The notes under the pieces: model-generated
The model's database searches: none
What the model was told of the DNA's origin: nothing
Seen by the model: only the letters and a program-made list of their open reading frames with translations
NCBI GenBank assembly: GCA_944393745.1
Contig: CALYBD010000001.1
Span: 2,372 to 66,371 of the forward strand
Reading direction: 5' to 3'
Length of the DNA stretch: 64,000 bases
Source of the DNA: an uncultured Alphaproteobacteria bacterium
Lineage (GTDB): Bacteria; Pseudomonadota; Alphaproteobacteria; CAAGCB01; CAG-977
Program-made: the position numbers and the translations under genes
Shown: one piece after another, positions 37,431 to 46,887 of the stretch
Position numbering within the stretch: the stretch's first letter is position 1
Layout of the letters: each line of letters begins with the position of its first letter

Positions 37431-38579
37431 TTAACGGCTTTGTTCCTGCCGACGCTTTAGAATCTGAGCCGTCTGGTCCGACATCGCAAGATATCGACGT
37501 ACCTCCGGATAGGCGGCTTTCTGCCGTCCGGTCCGGACGCTGCGGCTGCCCGAAGGCATGGTCTTAAAGCCCGAACGAGCAAACTTTTTAATTTTTTCCC
37601 CTTTTAAAACCGCAATACTCAACGGTTCCGTCTGTTTAATATCGGACAGTTTCGTATTTTCAATACCGGTATCCAGATTAAAATTCGGAACAGACTTCAA
37701 AAACTGCTTTTTATTACCGTCTTTGATATATTGATCAGCTGCCTGTATAAAATCCACCCCGCGCCGAACGGCGTCCTGCGTTAAATCGGACAAAGATTTA
37801 TGTACCGTCTGTCCCGTAACCGGATGCTTAAAAGAAGTAAAATCCTTTAATTCCGAAGGCATTTGCCGATCCTGTTGATAAAAACCGGAAACAGCCATGC
37901 CCAAACGCCCTTCCAGAAAATTATCCAGCCGGCGCAATGCTTTTCCCATTGCCTGATTTCTGGTCACTCGACTAATAAACGCCTGAACGGCCAGGCTGCC
38001 CTTATACACAGGTGTCAGATCATGATCAACATCAAACGTTTTTTGATAACACCGACAGAAAAAATCAGCGGCAGCTTCACGACTTTTGTGATCGTCTATA
38101 ATCGTTTTCAACGGTTTGAAGATATTCAGATGCTGTTTTTTTTGTTTTAAAAAGTGCACGTCAAGCCACGTTTCAACATAACGGTGACGGGTCTGAGCAT
38201 GCTTTACGTCCACCTTTTCCGGGTTATTTTCACGTACCTGGCTGCCTGAAACGCTGTAAATAAAAGGGTGAAAGACGGAATCAACGGCAGAATGCGTCAA
38301 AAACCCGTAAACAAACGCTTTTTTACCGGCCTGACGCCGCGGGTCTTTTTCCTTGCGGATATCGTCCAGCATTGTCACTACCAGATCGCGCGTATCATCG
38401 CCAAAGCCGCCGTGCATCTTCGTTGATAACTTTGATTCGGGCCCGAATAAAAAACAATCGTGGGAAATGGCCCCCATGTGATAAACGGATTCATGCGCCG
38501 CAGCACACTGCCGCATTTCGGCGGGCAGATTGTTCCGAATATCATCGGCCAGCATAATATGGGTTAAATCCCTGGGCAT
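37431..38579 (-). CDS. Zinc-dependent phospholipase C family protein with basic C-terminal extension
   Basis: MP...TH, GAISHD, GFLTHSAVD..FHPFI, HRYVE..LD; extra C-terminal tail ending KRRQEQSR. Confidence 0.8.
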   Translation of the reverse strand: MPRDLTHIMLADDIRNNLPAEMRQCAAAHESVYHMGAISHDCFLFGPESKLSTKMHGGFGDDTRDLVVTMLDDIRKEKDPRRQAGKKAFVYGFLTHSAVDSVFHPFIYSVSGSQVRENNPEKVDVKHAQTRHRYVETWLDVHFLKQKKQHLNIFKPLKTIIDDHKSREAAADFFCRCYQKTFDVDHDLTPVYKGSLAVQAFISRVTRNQAMGKALRRLDNFLEGRLGMAVSGFYQQDRQMPSELKDFTSFKHPVTGQTVHKSLSDLTQDAVRRGVDFIQAADQYIKDGNKKQFLKSVPNFNLDTGIENTKLSDIKQTEPLSIAVLKGEKIKKFARSGFKTMPSGSRSVRTGRQKAAYPEVRRYLAMSDQTAQILKRRQEQSR

Positions 38580-38666
38580 TCCCGGTTCCTTCTTCTTTTC
38601 CTGATAGTTTTAAGGAAAACAACAGAAAAGTCAATATTTTTGTCAAAAATTTTCATTTTTGTCAAC

Positions 38667-40568
38667 TTATGACAATTCAAATAATCCCGTGTACAGCTGA
38701 TAATACCGTTTTTTCAATCGGATCAATTCTTCATGAGTCCCGGTTTCAATAATTCGGCCGTGTTCCAAAACAACTATTTTATCGGCATTGCGTACGGTTG
38801 ACAGACGATGCGCGATAACGAAAACCGTTCGCCCTTTCATCAGCATATCCATGCCTTGTTCAATCAATGCTTCGGTTCGCGTATCCACGGAACTGGTTGC
38901 CTCGTCCAAAATCAGAACCGGCGGATTGGCTATTGCCGCGCGGGCAATCGCGATCAATTGTCGTTGTCCTTGACTTAAATTAACGCCGTCAGCCGTCAAA
39001 ACAGTGTCATATCCCTGCGGTAAAGAAGAAATAAACGCATCGGCGTTTGCCAATTTTGCCGCGGTATAAACTTCCTGATCCGAAGCGTCAAGTTTACCGT
39101 AACGAATATTTTCTCTGACCGTTCCGGTAAACAAATGCGTATCCTGCAAAACCATGGCCAAAGAACGACGCAAGTCGTCTTTTTTAATTTTGTTGATATT
39201 AATTCCGTCATAGCGGATTTTCCCGTTGCGCAAGTCGTAGAAACGATTAATCAGGTTGGTGATGGTGGTTTTCCCCGCCCCCGTTGATCCGACAAAAGCG
39301 ATTTTCTGACCGGCTTTGGCTTCCAAAGAAATATCGTCTAAAACAATTTTTTTGGAATTATAGCCAAAAACAACATGGTCAAAGACGACGTCTCCCTTTA
39401 ACGGCGTATAGCTGAGCGTATGGTCATGATGCGGGTGTTTCCAGGCCCATTGTCCTGTTCTGTACGGTACTTCGGCAATGGTTCCGTCTTTGGAAATTTC
39501 CGCATTCACCAAAGTAACATATCCGTGATCCGTTTCTTCGGGTTCGTCTAAAAAATGAAAAATCCTTTCGGCGCCGGCCAATGCCGACAAAATTGCGTTC
39601 AGCTGCATGGATATTTGAGAAACAGGCATTGAAAAACTGCGCGTATACTGTAAAAAAGCAGCAATTGTCCCCAAATCCATGCGTCCCGCCGCCGCCAGAT
39701 ACCCGCCGGCCATCGAGGTCACCGCAAACAACAAATAAGCCAAATTCCCGATAACGGGCATTAAAATGTTGGCACACGTGTTGGCATTGGAAGCCTGCAG
39801 ATACAGATTTTCATTGTGTTCCGCAAAATCCTGTTTGATTCTTTCTTCGCGGCAAAAGACTTTAACAACCTTAACCCCTTCGGCCATTTCCTCAATATAG
39901 CTGTTGACGCGGCTTAACGCCTGCTGCTGTTTTGCAAAATAGCGTGCACTTCGAACCGTAATCAGCCGGATCGTCACCAGCATCAATATCAAAACCGCAA
40001 TCACCAGACAGGTCAATAACGGGCTGAGAATAAGCATCATTACAAAAACACTGATAACCGTTGTGACGGATAACAGCATATGCGGCAGGCTCATGGAAAT
40101 CATTTCGCGCAACGTATCAACATCGTTGGTATAAAGGCTCATCAATTCGCCGTGCGTATGCGTATCAAAAAACCTTATCGGCAGTTTTTGCATATGTGTA
40201 AACATATCGATTCGGATCTGACGCATCGTGCCGGTCACAACATTAAGCATCAGCCGGTTGAACAGATAAGTACAGAAAACACCGCCGCCCGCAATGGCCG
40301 CCATACAACAAACCAGTTGCTTAAAGCCGGATAAATCCGGGTTTTTCTGACCGATCAGAGGCACAATATACTGATTAACCGCCGGTTTCAGCAGATATGT
40401 CACCGCAACGTTTGATAATCCGGATCCGAAAACGGCCAGAACGACAAAAATCAGCTGAACTTTATACGGCAACATATAGTTCAGAATTCTTTGAAATGTC
40501 GCAAAAGGAGATTTCGGTCTTTCCATTTTTTTACCGTGCGAACGCGGCGGAATTGCTGCTTTTGCCAT
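38667..40568 (-). CDS. ABC exporter subunit (TMD+NBD), consensus half of a heterodimer
   Basis: GSTGAGKTT, LSQGQRQ, LILDEATS, IAHRL. Confidence 0.95.
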   Translation of the reverse strand: MAKAAIPPRSHGKKMERPKSPFATFQRILNYMLPYKVQLIFVVLAVFGSGLSNVAVTYLLKPAVNQYIVPLIGQKNPDLSGFKQLVCCMAAIAGGGVFCTYLFNRLMLNVVTGTMRQIRIDMFTHMQKLPIRFFDTHTHGELMSLYTNDVDTLREMISMSLPHMLLSVTTVISVFVMMLILSPLLTCLVIAVLILMLVTIRLITVRSARYFAKQQQALSRVNSYIEEMAEGVKVVKVFCREERIKQDFAEHNENLYLQASNANTCANILMPVIGNLAYLLFAVTSMAGGYLAAAGRMDLGTIAAFLQYTRSFSMPVSQISMQLNAILSALAGAERIFHFLDEPEETDHGYVTLVNAEISKDGTIAEVPYRTGQWAWKHPHHDHTLSYTPLKGDVVFDHVVFGYNSKKIVLDDISLEAKAGQKIAFVGSTGAGKTTITNLINRFYDLRNGKIRYDGININKIKKDDLRRSLAMVLQDTHLFTGTVRENIRYGKLDASDQEVYTAAKLANADAFISSLPQGYDTVLTADGVNLSQGQRQLIAIARAAIANPPVLILDEATSSVDTRTEALIEQGMDMLMKGRTVFVIAHRLSTVRNADKIVVLEHGRIIETGTHEELIRLKKRYYQLYTGLFELS

Positions 40569-42292
40569 TATGCCGCCCCCTTTTGCTGAGAGATAAAAAC
40601 ATCACGGTAAATCGCGTTTGTCCGCATTAATTCGTCATGAGTCCCGATCGCGCTGAGTGTCCCGTTTTCCAAAACAATAATTTTATCGGCTTCCATAACG
40701 GAAGAAATACGCTGCGCAATAATAATTTTCGTTGTTTGTTGAAGCTGTTCTTTAAACGCCTGACGAATTTTTTTGTCTGTTGCCGTATCCACGGCACTGG
40801 TCGAATCATCCAAAATCAAAATTTTTGGTTTTTTCAACAAAGCCCGCGCAATGCACAATCTTTGTTTTTGACCGCCCGAAACATTAACCCCGCCCTGTCC
40901 CAGATAAGTGTTATAACCATCGGGAAAGCTCAGAACAAAATCGTCGGCCTGCGCGGCTTTGGCCATCATGCGAATTTCTTCGCTGTCGGCTTTTTCATCA
41001 CCCCAGCGCAAATTTTCTTCAATCGTTCCGGAAAACAGCAAATTATTTTGCAGCACCATCGACACGGCAGAACGCAGAACCGGCAGACGATATTCCCGCA
41101 CATCATGGCCGCCGACCAATATCCGCCCGTCGAAAACGTCATACAAGCGGGGAATTAATTGAACCAATGTTGTTTTTGACGATCCCGTTGCACCGATAAT
41201 ACCGACCGTTTCGCCGGATTTAATCGTAAACGAAATATCTTTCAACGTCAGATTTTCCGGCCGGTTTGAGTAACTGAAAGAAACATTTTCAAAAACAACG
41301 GAGCCGTCTTCGGGTTCCAATCCGTCTTTTCCCGTATCCGCGATATCGGGCACTTCGTTTAACACTTCGCACAGCCGGCGCACGGAAGCCTGGGAAATCA
41401 CGATCCCGATAAACACGAACGAAATCATCATCAGCGACATTAAAATCATGCCGATATAAGTTAAAAAGCTGAACAGCTCGCCTGTCTGCATTTTTTGCTG
41501 AATAATGAAATTGCCGCCGAACCAGACAATACAGATCAAACAGGCCTGCATGGAAAAGTTCATTAAAGGCATATTGAAAATAACCATTTTTTCGGCTTTT
41601 TTCTGGGCATCGCGCAAATCTGTCGCAGAATCGTTGAATTTTTTATTTTCAAATTGTTCGCGCACAAAAGCCTTAACGACTCTGATTGCGATCAGCATTT
41701 CCTGCAATGCGGAATTCATCGCGTCATATTTGGCAAACATTTTTAAAAAATGCTTATGCGCCAGCGTTGACATCACCCCCAGCGAAATTCCCAAAAACGG
41801 AATCGCCACAAAGAAAACCGCGGACAATTCCGCATTAATCCGGACAGCCATTAACGTAGCGCACACCAACATTACCGGAGAACGCACCAAAGCGCGAATT
41901 GTCATCATAAAAGCGTTTTGCACAAACGTAATGTCCGTTGTCAAACGCGTAATCAAAGAAGCCGTTGAAAAACGATCCGTATTTGAGAAAGAAAAGTCCT
42001 GAATTTTTCCGAAGACGGCTTTTCTGATTTCCATGGCGAATCCGGCCGCCGCCACGGCAGCCAGGCGGGCTCCGGCGGCACCGCAAGCCAAAGAAACAAG
42101 TGCCGCCGCAATCATCAGCAATCCCGTTTCAACAATATAAGGCACATCTTTTTGTGCAATGCCGATGTCGATAATCCGTGCCATTAAAAAAGGAATATAA
42201 ATTTCCAAAGCGACTTCTCCGATAACCGCCAACGGAGCCAAAATCGCCTGTTTTTTAAATTTTCCCAGATAAGACAACAGTTTAAGATTCAT
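40568..42292 (-). CDS. ABC exporter subunit (TMD+NBD), degenerate half of a heterodimer
   Basis: GATGSSKTT, VSGGQKQR, LILDDSTS, IAQR (E to D and H to Q changes typical of TM287-like subunits). Confidence 0.95.
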   Translation of the reverse strand: MNLKLLSYLGKFKKQAILAPLAVIGEVALEIYIPFLMARIIDIGIAQKDVPYIVETGLLMIAAALVSLACGAAGARLAAVAAAGFAMEIRKAVFGKIQDFSFSNTDRFSTASLITRLTTDITFVQNAFMMTIRALVRSPVMLVCATLMAVRINAELSAVFFVAIPFLGISLGVMSTLAHKHFLKMFAKYDAMNSALQEMLIAIRVVKAFVREQFENKKFNDSATDLRDAQKKAEKMVIFNMPLMNFSMQACLICIVWFGGNFIIQQKMQTGELFSFLTYIGMILMSLMMISFVFIGIVISQASVRRLCEVLNEVPDIADTGKDGLEPEDGSVVFENVSFSYSNRPENLTLKDISFTIKSGETVGIIGATGSSKTTLVQLIPRLYDVFDGRILVGGHDVREYRLPVLRSAVSMVLQNNLLFSGTIEENLRWGDEKADSEEIRMMAKAAQADDFVLSFPDGYNTYLGQGGVNVSGGQKQRLCIARALLKKPKILILDDSTSAVDTATDKKIRQAFKEQLQQTTKIIIAQRISSVMEADKIIVLENGTLSAIGTHDELMRTNAIYRDVFISQQKGAA

Positions 42293-42421
42293 TTATCGTC
42301 CTTTATTTTTTCTTATTAAACCGCCGAACTGAAAACCGCGCAAGCAAAAACAGCGAAATCTTTCTTTCGTTTTTTTGAAAGCGGTTTATAATCCCCTCTG
42401 CTGCTTTAAAAGGAGATCAAG

Positions 42422-43186
42422 ATGTCAAAAACCTCATGGAAAGCCGGAACAATGCTTTATCCGCTGCCGCCTGTTCTGGTCAGCTGCGGCACAACGGAAA
42501 AGCCGAATGTGTTTACCGTTGCCTGGACGGGTATTATTAATTCGCAGCCGGCAATGACTTATATTTCCGTCCGACCGTCACGTTATTCCTACGAACTGAT
42601 CAAACAAAGCGGTGAATTTGTCATCAACCTGACAACGGCAAAAATGCTTAAGGCCGTTGATTTCTGCGGTGTCAAATCTGGAAAAAACACCGATAAATTC
42701 GCCTTAAGCGGTTTAACCCCCGCAACGTGCAAAAAAGTCAAAGCCCCCATGGTGGCAGAAAGCCCCCTCAGTCTGGAATGCCGCGTTACGGAAATAAAGC
42801 CGTTGGGGTCTCATGACATGTTTTTGGCGGAAATCGTTGCCGTTAATGTCGAAGACGAATTTTTAACAGCAGACGGTCAATTCCAATTGGAAAAAAGCAA
42901 TTTGATCGCTTTTTGTCATGGCGCTTACTATGTTTTGGGGGGAAAAATCGGCACATTCGGATTTTCGGTTGCCAAAAAGAAAACCCGCAAACAAAGAATT
43001 GCCGCCATTAAACAGGAACGCCGCGCTTTAAAAGAGCAAAAACAAAAGAAAACAGCTTCTTTAAAACAAAAGAAAACTCCGCCCGCAAAAACGAAAAAAA
43101 ATCTTTCTTCAGCCAAATCAAAACGAACGGCCGTCCAAAAATCTCGGAAACCCCGCAAACCGTTAAACATCAAAAAAGCTCCGTAA
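42422..43186 (+). CDS. Flavin reductase family protein with Lys-rich tail
   Basis: YPLPPVLVSCG, ISVRPSRYS, GEFVINL, ESPLSLECRV, GSHDMF; about 70-aa basic tail. Confidence 0.9.
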   Translation: MSKTSWKAGTMLYPLPPVLVSCGTTEKPNVFTVAWTGIINSQPAMTYISVRPSRYSYELIKQSGEFVINLTTAKMLKAVDFCGVKSGKNTDKFALSGLTPATCKKVKAPMVAESPLSLECRVTEIKPLGSHDMFLAEIVAVNVEDEFLTADGQFQLEKSNLIAFCHGAYYVLGGKIGTFGFSVAKKKTRKQRIAAIKQERRALKEQKQKKTASLKQKKTPPAKTKKNLSSAKSKRTAVQKSRKPRKPLNIKKAP

Positions 43187-43199
43187 CCGGAGCTTTTTT
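43172..43199. terminator. Bidirectional terminator
   Basis: AAAAAAGCTCCG-TAAC-CGGAGCTTTTTT. Confidence 0.85.
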
Positions 43200-43201
43200 C
43201 T

Positions 43202-43912
43202 TCATTCGGGCTTGATTTTCCGGCAGGCGTCTTCAATCCTGTTTTGCAGTTCGCTGATAAATTCACGTTTATCCAGCCCTTGCGGCATTGCCGGCAAAAA
43301 TTCGACAATAATTGTTCCGGGTTCTTTCATAAAAGCTTTTCTGCGCCAAAAATACCCCGAATTCAGCGCCGTCGGAATAACGGGAACTCCGCATTTTTCA
43401 TACAACAACCCTACCCCCGGATTATAACGCGTCGTCACCCCCGGCGCCGTGCGCGTTCCTTCGGGAAAAATAACAACCGGCCGGTTTTCTTTTAATCTTT
43501 TTTCGCTGCCCTGCAAAATAGAACGCATCGCTTTTGTTCCCGATGACCGGTCAATCGCAACACACCCCGTTAACAATAAATTCCAGCCGAACAACGGAAT
43601 ATACAAAAGCTCTTTTTTCAAAATATAGGCCGGAGACGGCAAAATCGCATGAAACGCAATTGTTTCCAGTGCCGACTGATGCTTGGAAGCCACAATATAC
43701 CCCCCATCGGCCGGCAGATTTTCGCGGCCGCGGACTTCGCATTTAATACCGACAATCCAACGCAGACCGAACAACAAAGCTTTGCCCCACAGCCGGGCGT
43801 TAAAACTGCGCGCCTGACGGGGCATCAAACCGGTCAACAACCCGGTCAGACAGAAAAAAAGCGTCGTGACAACATAGTAAATATTAAACAAAAGAGAACG
43901 AATTAATTTCAT
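43202..43912 (-). CDS. plsC: 1-acyl-sn-glycerol-3-phosphate acyltransferase
   Basis: KHQSALET, IDRS, IFPEGTR motifs; conserved position after ftsEX-ydcF. Confidence 0.92.
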   Translation of the reverse strand: MKLIRSLLFNIYYVVTTLFFCLTGLLTGLMPRQARSFNARLWGKALLFGLRWIVGIKCEVRGRENLPADGGYIVASKHQSALETIAFHAILPSPAYILKKELLYIPLFGWNLLLTGCVAIDRSSGTKAMRSILQGSEKRLKENRPVVIFPEGTRTAPGVTTRYNPGVGLLYEKCGVPVIPTALNSGYFWRRKAFMKEPGTIIVEFLPAMPQGLDKREFISELQNRIEDACRKIKPE

Positions 43913-44526
43913 TGCTTGCCTGCCGTTTCAATGTTCACAGAAGTCGGGGAAAAAGAAAAGAAATGACTTAACGCCACAACAATAAATTTCATATATTCCG
44001 ATGTAATCAAAGCAAATGTCCCCGGCCATTTCCACCATTCGTTATGTTTAACGGTCTGCGGAAAAACCGGATGCGGAATAATAACAATATCCGGCATTAC
44101 GTCTTTAAATTCCGACAAACTGCGCGGCATATGATAAGACGCGGTGACCAAACGCAACGAGGTAAAACCGTTTTTATCCAGCCAGTCTTTACTTTCCAGC
44201 GCATTCCCGCGCGTATTGCCGGCAACGTGGCCCAAAGTAATATTATCGCCCAAATCTTCGGGCAATTCATCAATTGTTGCAGCCATCAGGGACCAGTCGA
44301 CTTTTTCATTAACGCCGGAAATCAAAAGCTTTTCGGCTTTTTTTTGTTTTAACAACTCAACCGCGGCGGCAACGCGTTCCGTCCCGCCCGTCAAAACCAC
44401 AATGGCATCCGTTGTCGTATCGGTATCTTCCGGTCCCTGATTAACCAAAGAAGCAAACCAAAACAACCCGCCTGTCCAAACGGCAATTAAAATCAACACG
44501 ATCGGCAACAGTTTTTTCCACATCAT
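43909..44526 (-). CDS. YdcF/DUF218 family protein
   Basis: Start MMWKK at 44526; DAIVVLTGG..R, LLISGV, NT.GNA.E, VTASYHMPRS, EYMK. Confidence 0.9.
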   Translation of the reverse strand: MMWKKLLPIVLILIAVWTGGLFWFASLVNQGPEDTDTTTDAIVVLTGGTERVAAAVELLKQKKAEKLLISGVNEKVDWSLMAATIDELPEDLGDNITLGHVAGNTRGNALESKDWLDKNGFTSLRLVTASYHMPRSLSEFKDVMPDIVIIPHPVFPQTVKHNEWWKWPGTFALITSEYMKFIVVALSHFFSFSPTSVNIETAGKQ

Positions 44527-45419
44527 AACATTCGCCTGAGTGTTCTTTGTACCGTCCAATACGCCGTCAGTGTTGACAGCGCAACCGCCAAAACGGGAAC
44601 AAAACACAACAAAACCCACGAAAGCGTATCGAATCTGGCTTCCGACAACAATCCCCCTTGAATTTCACCGACCAGAGAAGACAGCAAAAATAAAATCGGC
44701 AGAACCCCCAAAAAGCCGATAACAGCGCCGATACAGGCCAGCAATGCCGTCCTTTTGGCATATTGTTTGGAAATATAACCGTCATGAGCACCGATCTGAT
44801 GCAGCAGTTCAATCACGGGTTTATGCACCGCCAGCGAAGAACACGTCACATAGATAACGATCACGGACGTGGTAACAATAACCAGACTTAACAAGGCCGA
44901 AGCCAGCAAATCCAACGTCTGCACCAGGTTGATCAATTTTCCCAGCCACAGTTTATGTACGTCCAAAGACGCGTTCGGCGTCCTGTCGGCCAAAACGGTT
45001 TTTAACATATCCAGATCAACTTCCGCCCCGGGAATCAGCTGGACATCAATTAAATGCGGCATCGGCAGATCGTCCAGCAAAAAGGTATCCCCCAGCCACG
45101 GACGCAGCAAATCCTTCATTTGACTGTCCGTCAAAACGTTTGCCGAAGCAATCCCGGCCGTTTTGCGCAAAATATCCAGGACTTCCTGCGTTTCCTGTTG
45201 TGTTTTTTTCTTGTTGATTCGTCCGGCCTCTTCAATCGGGATCACCTGAACCGTCAAAGACCCGGAAATAGACCGGCTCCAGCGCGACAGCATGGAATTT
45301 AAAGATAATGTCCCGGCCGTTGTCAGTCCTGCAAAGAAAACCATCAGCATGACCATCCACGGCAAAAACCACCCGGACGTATCGTTGGCAAACGGCAGAT
45401 CGCTGGTTTGTCTAAACAT
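44523..45419 (-). CDS. ftsX: Cell division permease FtsX
   Basis: TM + periplasmic loop (LLRPWLG, LP.P.LIDV) + 3 TM; IELLHQIGA.DGYI. Confidence 0.92.
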   Translation of the reverse strand: MFRQTSDLPFANDTSGWFLPWMVMLMVFFAGLTTAGTLSLNSMLSRWSRSISGSLTVQVIPIEEAGRINKKKTQQETQEVLDILRKTAGIASANVLTDSQMKDLLRPWLGDTFLLDDLPMPHLIDVQLIPGAEVDLDMLKTVLADRTPNASLDVHKLWLGKLINLVQTLDLLASALLSLVIVTTSVIVIYVTCSSLAVHKPVIELLHQIGAHDGYISKQYAKRTALLACIGAVIGFLGVLPILFLLSSLVGEIQGGLLSEARFDTLSWVLLCFVPVLAVALSTLTAYWTVQRTLRRML

Positions 45420-46137
45420 TCGGCGCCTCCGTTCTTAAATAAGGCTGATCCGGCGAATAACCGACCGGATAAACGGTTAAACGTCCGTTTGACAAATGCA
45501 TGCGCGGGTACGGAAAAGCCCTGATCAGGCCTTCATTATGCGTAGCAATAACCACTGTCGTCCCGCGGCGATTTAATTCGACAAACAAGCGCATCAGACG
45601 CACGGCGGATTTATCGTCCATATTTCCCGTCGGTTCATCGGCCAGCAGAATCTGCGGACGGTTAATTACGGCGCGGGCGATGGCAACGCTTTGTTTTTGT
45701 CCGCCGGACAAAGTCGGAGGTCTGGCGTTCAGATGCGCCCCCAACCCGACCCACATCAGCAATTCGACAACACGTTTTTGAATTTCGTCTTCGTCATAAC
45801 CGGCAACGCGCAGCGGCAAAGCAACGTTATCAACGGCAGATAAATGATCCAGCAAACGGAAATCCTGAAAAACAACACCGATCTTGCGCCGGATTTCCGG
45901 CAGATCGTCCCGACCGATACTGCGGACGGCTTTTTCAAACAGTTTGACGTGGCCGCGTGTCGGGCTTTGCGCCAAATACAACAGGCTGAGCAAAGACGTT
46001 TTTCCCGCGCCGCTTTCCCCCGTCAGGAAATGAAAAGACCCCGCAGGCAATGCAAACGAAATATCTTTCAGCACTTCCGCCCCCTGCCCGTAACGCAGGC
46101 CGACGGCGTCAAATTCTATGACATGCGATACCGCCAC
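45412..46137 (-). CDS. ftsE: Cell division ATP-binding protein FtsE
   Basis: VGLRYG.G.EVL, GESGAGKTS, VFQDFRLL, LSGGQ, ADEPTGN. Confidence 0.95.
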   Translation of the reverse strand: MAVSHVIEFDAVGLRYGQGAEVLKDISFALPAGSFHFLTGESGAGKTSLLSLLYLAQSPTRGHVKLFEKAVRSIGRDDLPEIRRKIGVVFQDFRLLDHLSAVDNVALPLRVAGYDEDEIQKRVVELLMWVGLGAHLNARPPTLSGGQKQSVAIARAVINRPQILLADEPTGNMDDKSAVRLMRLFVELNRRGTTVVIATHNEGLIRAFPYPRMHLSNGRLTVYPVGYSPDQPYLRTEAPNV

Positions 46138-46248
46138 TGACTTCTCCCGTTGTTTTGACAGCCGTATTTAAACACATCTGAAAAAATAAGTTAACATTTT
46201 ATACGCAAATCTGCATAATACTATGATTAAATTTTACGGGAAACAAAA

Positions 46249-46887
46249 ATGCTGATTACGTGTCCGCAATGTTTGACGAATTATGATATTCCTCCGGCTT
46301 TGGAAGAAACCGGACAAAAAGTCAGATGCTTTAAATGCGGCTGTGTCTGGGAAATCGATGACGGCACACCGCTGCCCGAACCCGAAGATCAGCCCGGATT
46401 TGATGATGATGCCGCGGTTTTTGATCCGCCGCCGCCAGAAGAACCGGATATTTCCCTGACGGCTTTCCAGGATTTTTTCAAACAACCCGAAAAGAAAGAT
46501 CCTTCTTTTTTTAAATGGATTCGTCCGTTATATTTTATCAGCCTGTTTTGTATTGCCGCTTCAATTTATTTGTTTTTCTTTCGTTCTCCGATCCGCGCGG
46601 CGGTTTCATTACAGACGCTATCTTACGAATCCGTACAGGAAGAATACAAAACTTATCTGGTTTTGCATGCGGCAGCCTATAACAACACCGACAAAGAAAT
46701 TATGCCGCAAGCGTTCGTCGTGCGTTTTTCCGACAAAGACAACAGGTTGCTGACAACGGTCGAACTGGCTTCGCCTGTTTCCGTTTTACCGGCTAACGGT
46801 ATGGAAAAAATAGATTTAAAAATCGAACGTCCGCCGTCACAAACCGCTCGGGCAACCGTTGTTCTGAGCAAATTCACGACACGTTAA
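46249..46887 (+). CDS. Zinc-ribbon (MJ0042-finger) / DUF3426-like membrane protein
   Basis: CPQC...VRCFKC, acidic linker, TM, periplasmic domain; divergent from ftsE as in other alphaproteobacteria. Confidence 0.82.
   Translation: MLITCPQCLTNYDIPPALEETGQKVRCFKCGCVWEIDDGTPLPEPEDQPGFDDDAAVFDPPPPEEPDISLTAFQDFFKQPEKKDPSFFKWIRPLYFISLFCIAASIYLFFFRSPIRAAVSLQTLSYESVQEEYKTYLVLHAAAYNNTDKEIMPQAFVVRFSDKDNRLLTTVELASPVSVLPANGMEKIDLKIERPPSQTARATVVLSKFTTR

Noticed and set aside
46209-46236. GCATAATACTATGATTAAAT as a dif site
   Set aside because: Spacing between the arms is wrong; more simply the promoter zone of the divergent ftsE and zinc-ribbon genes.
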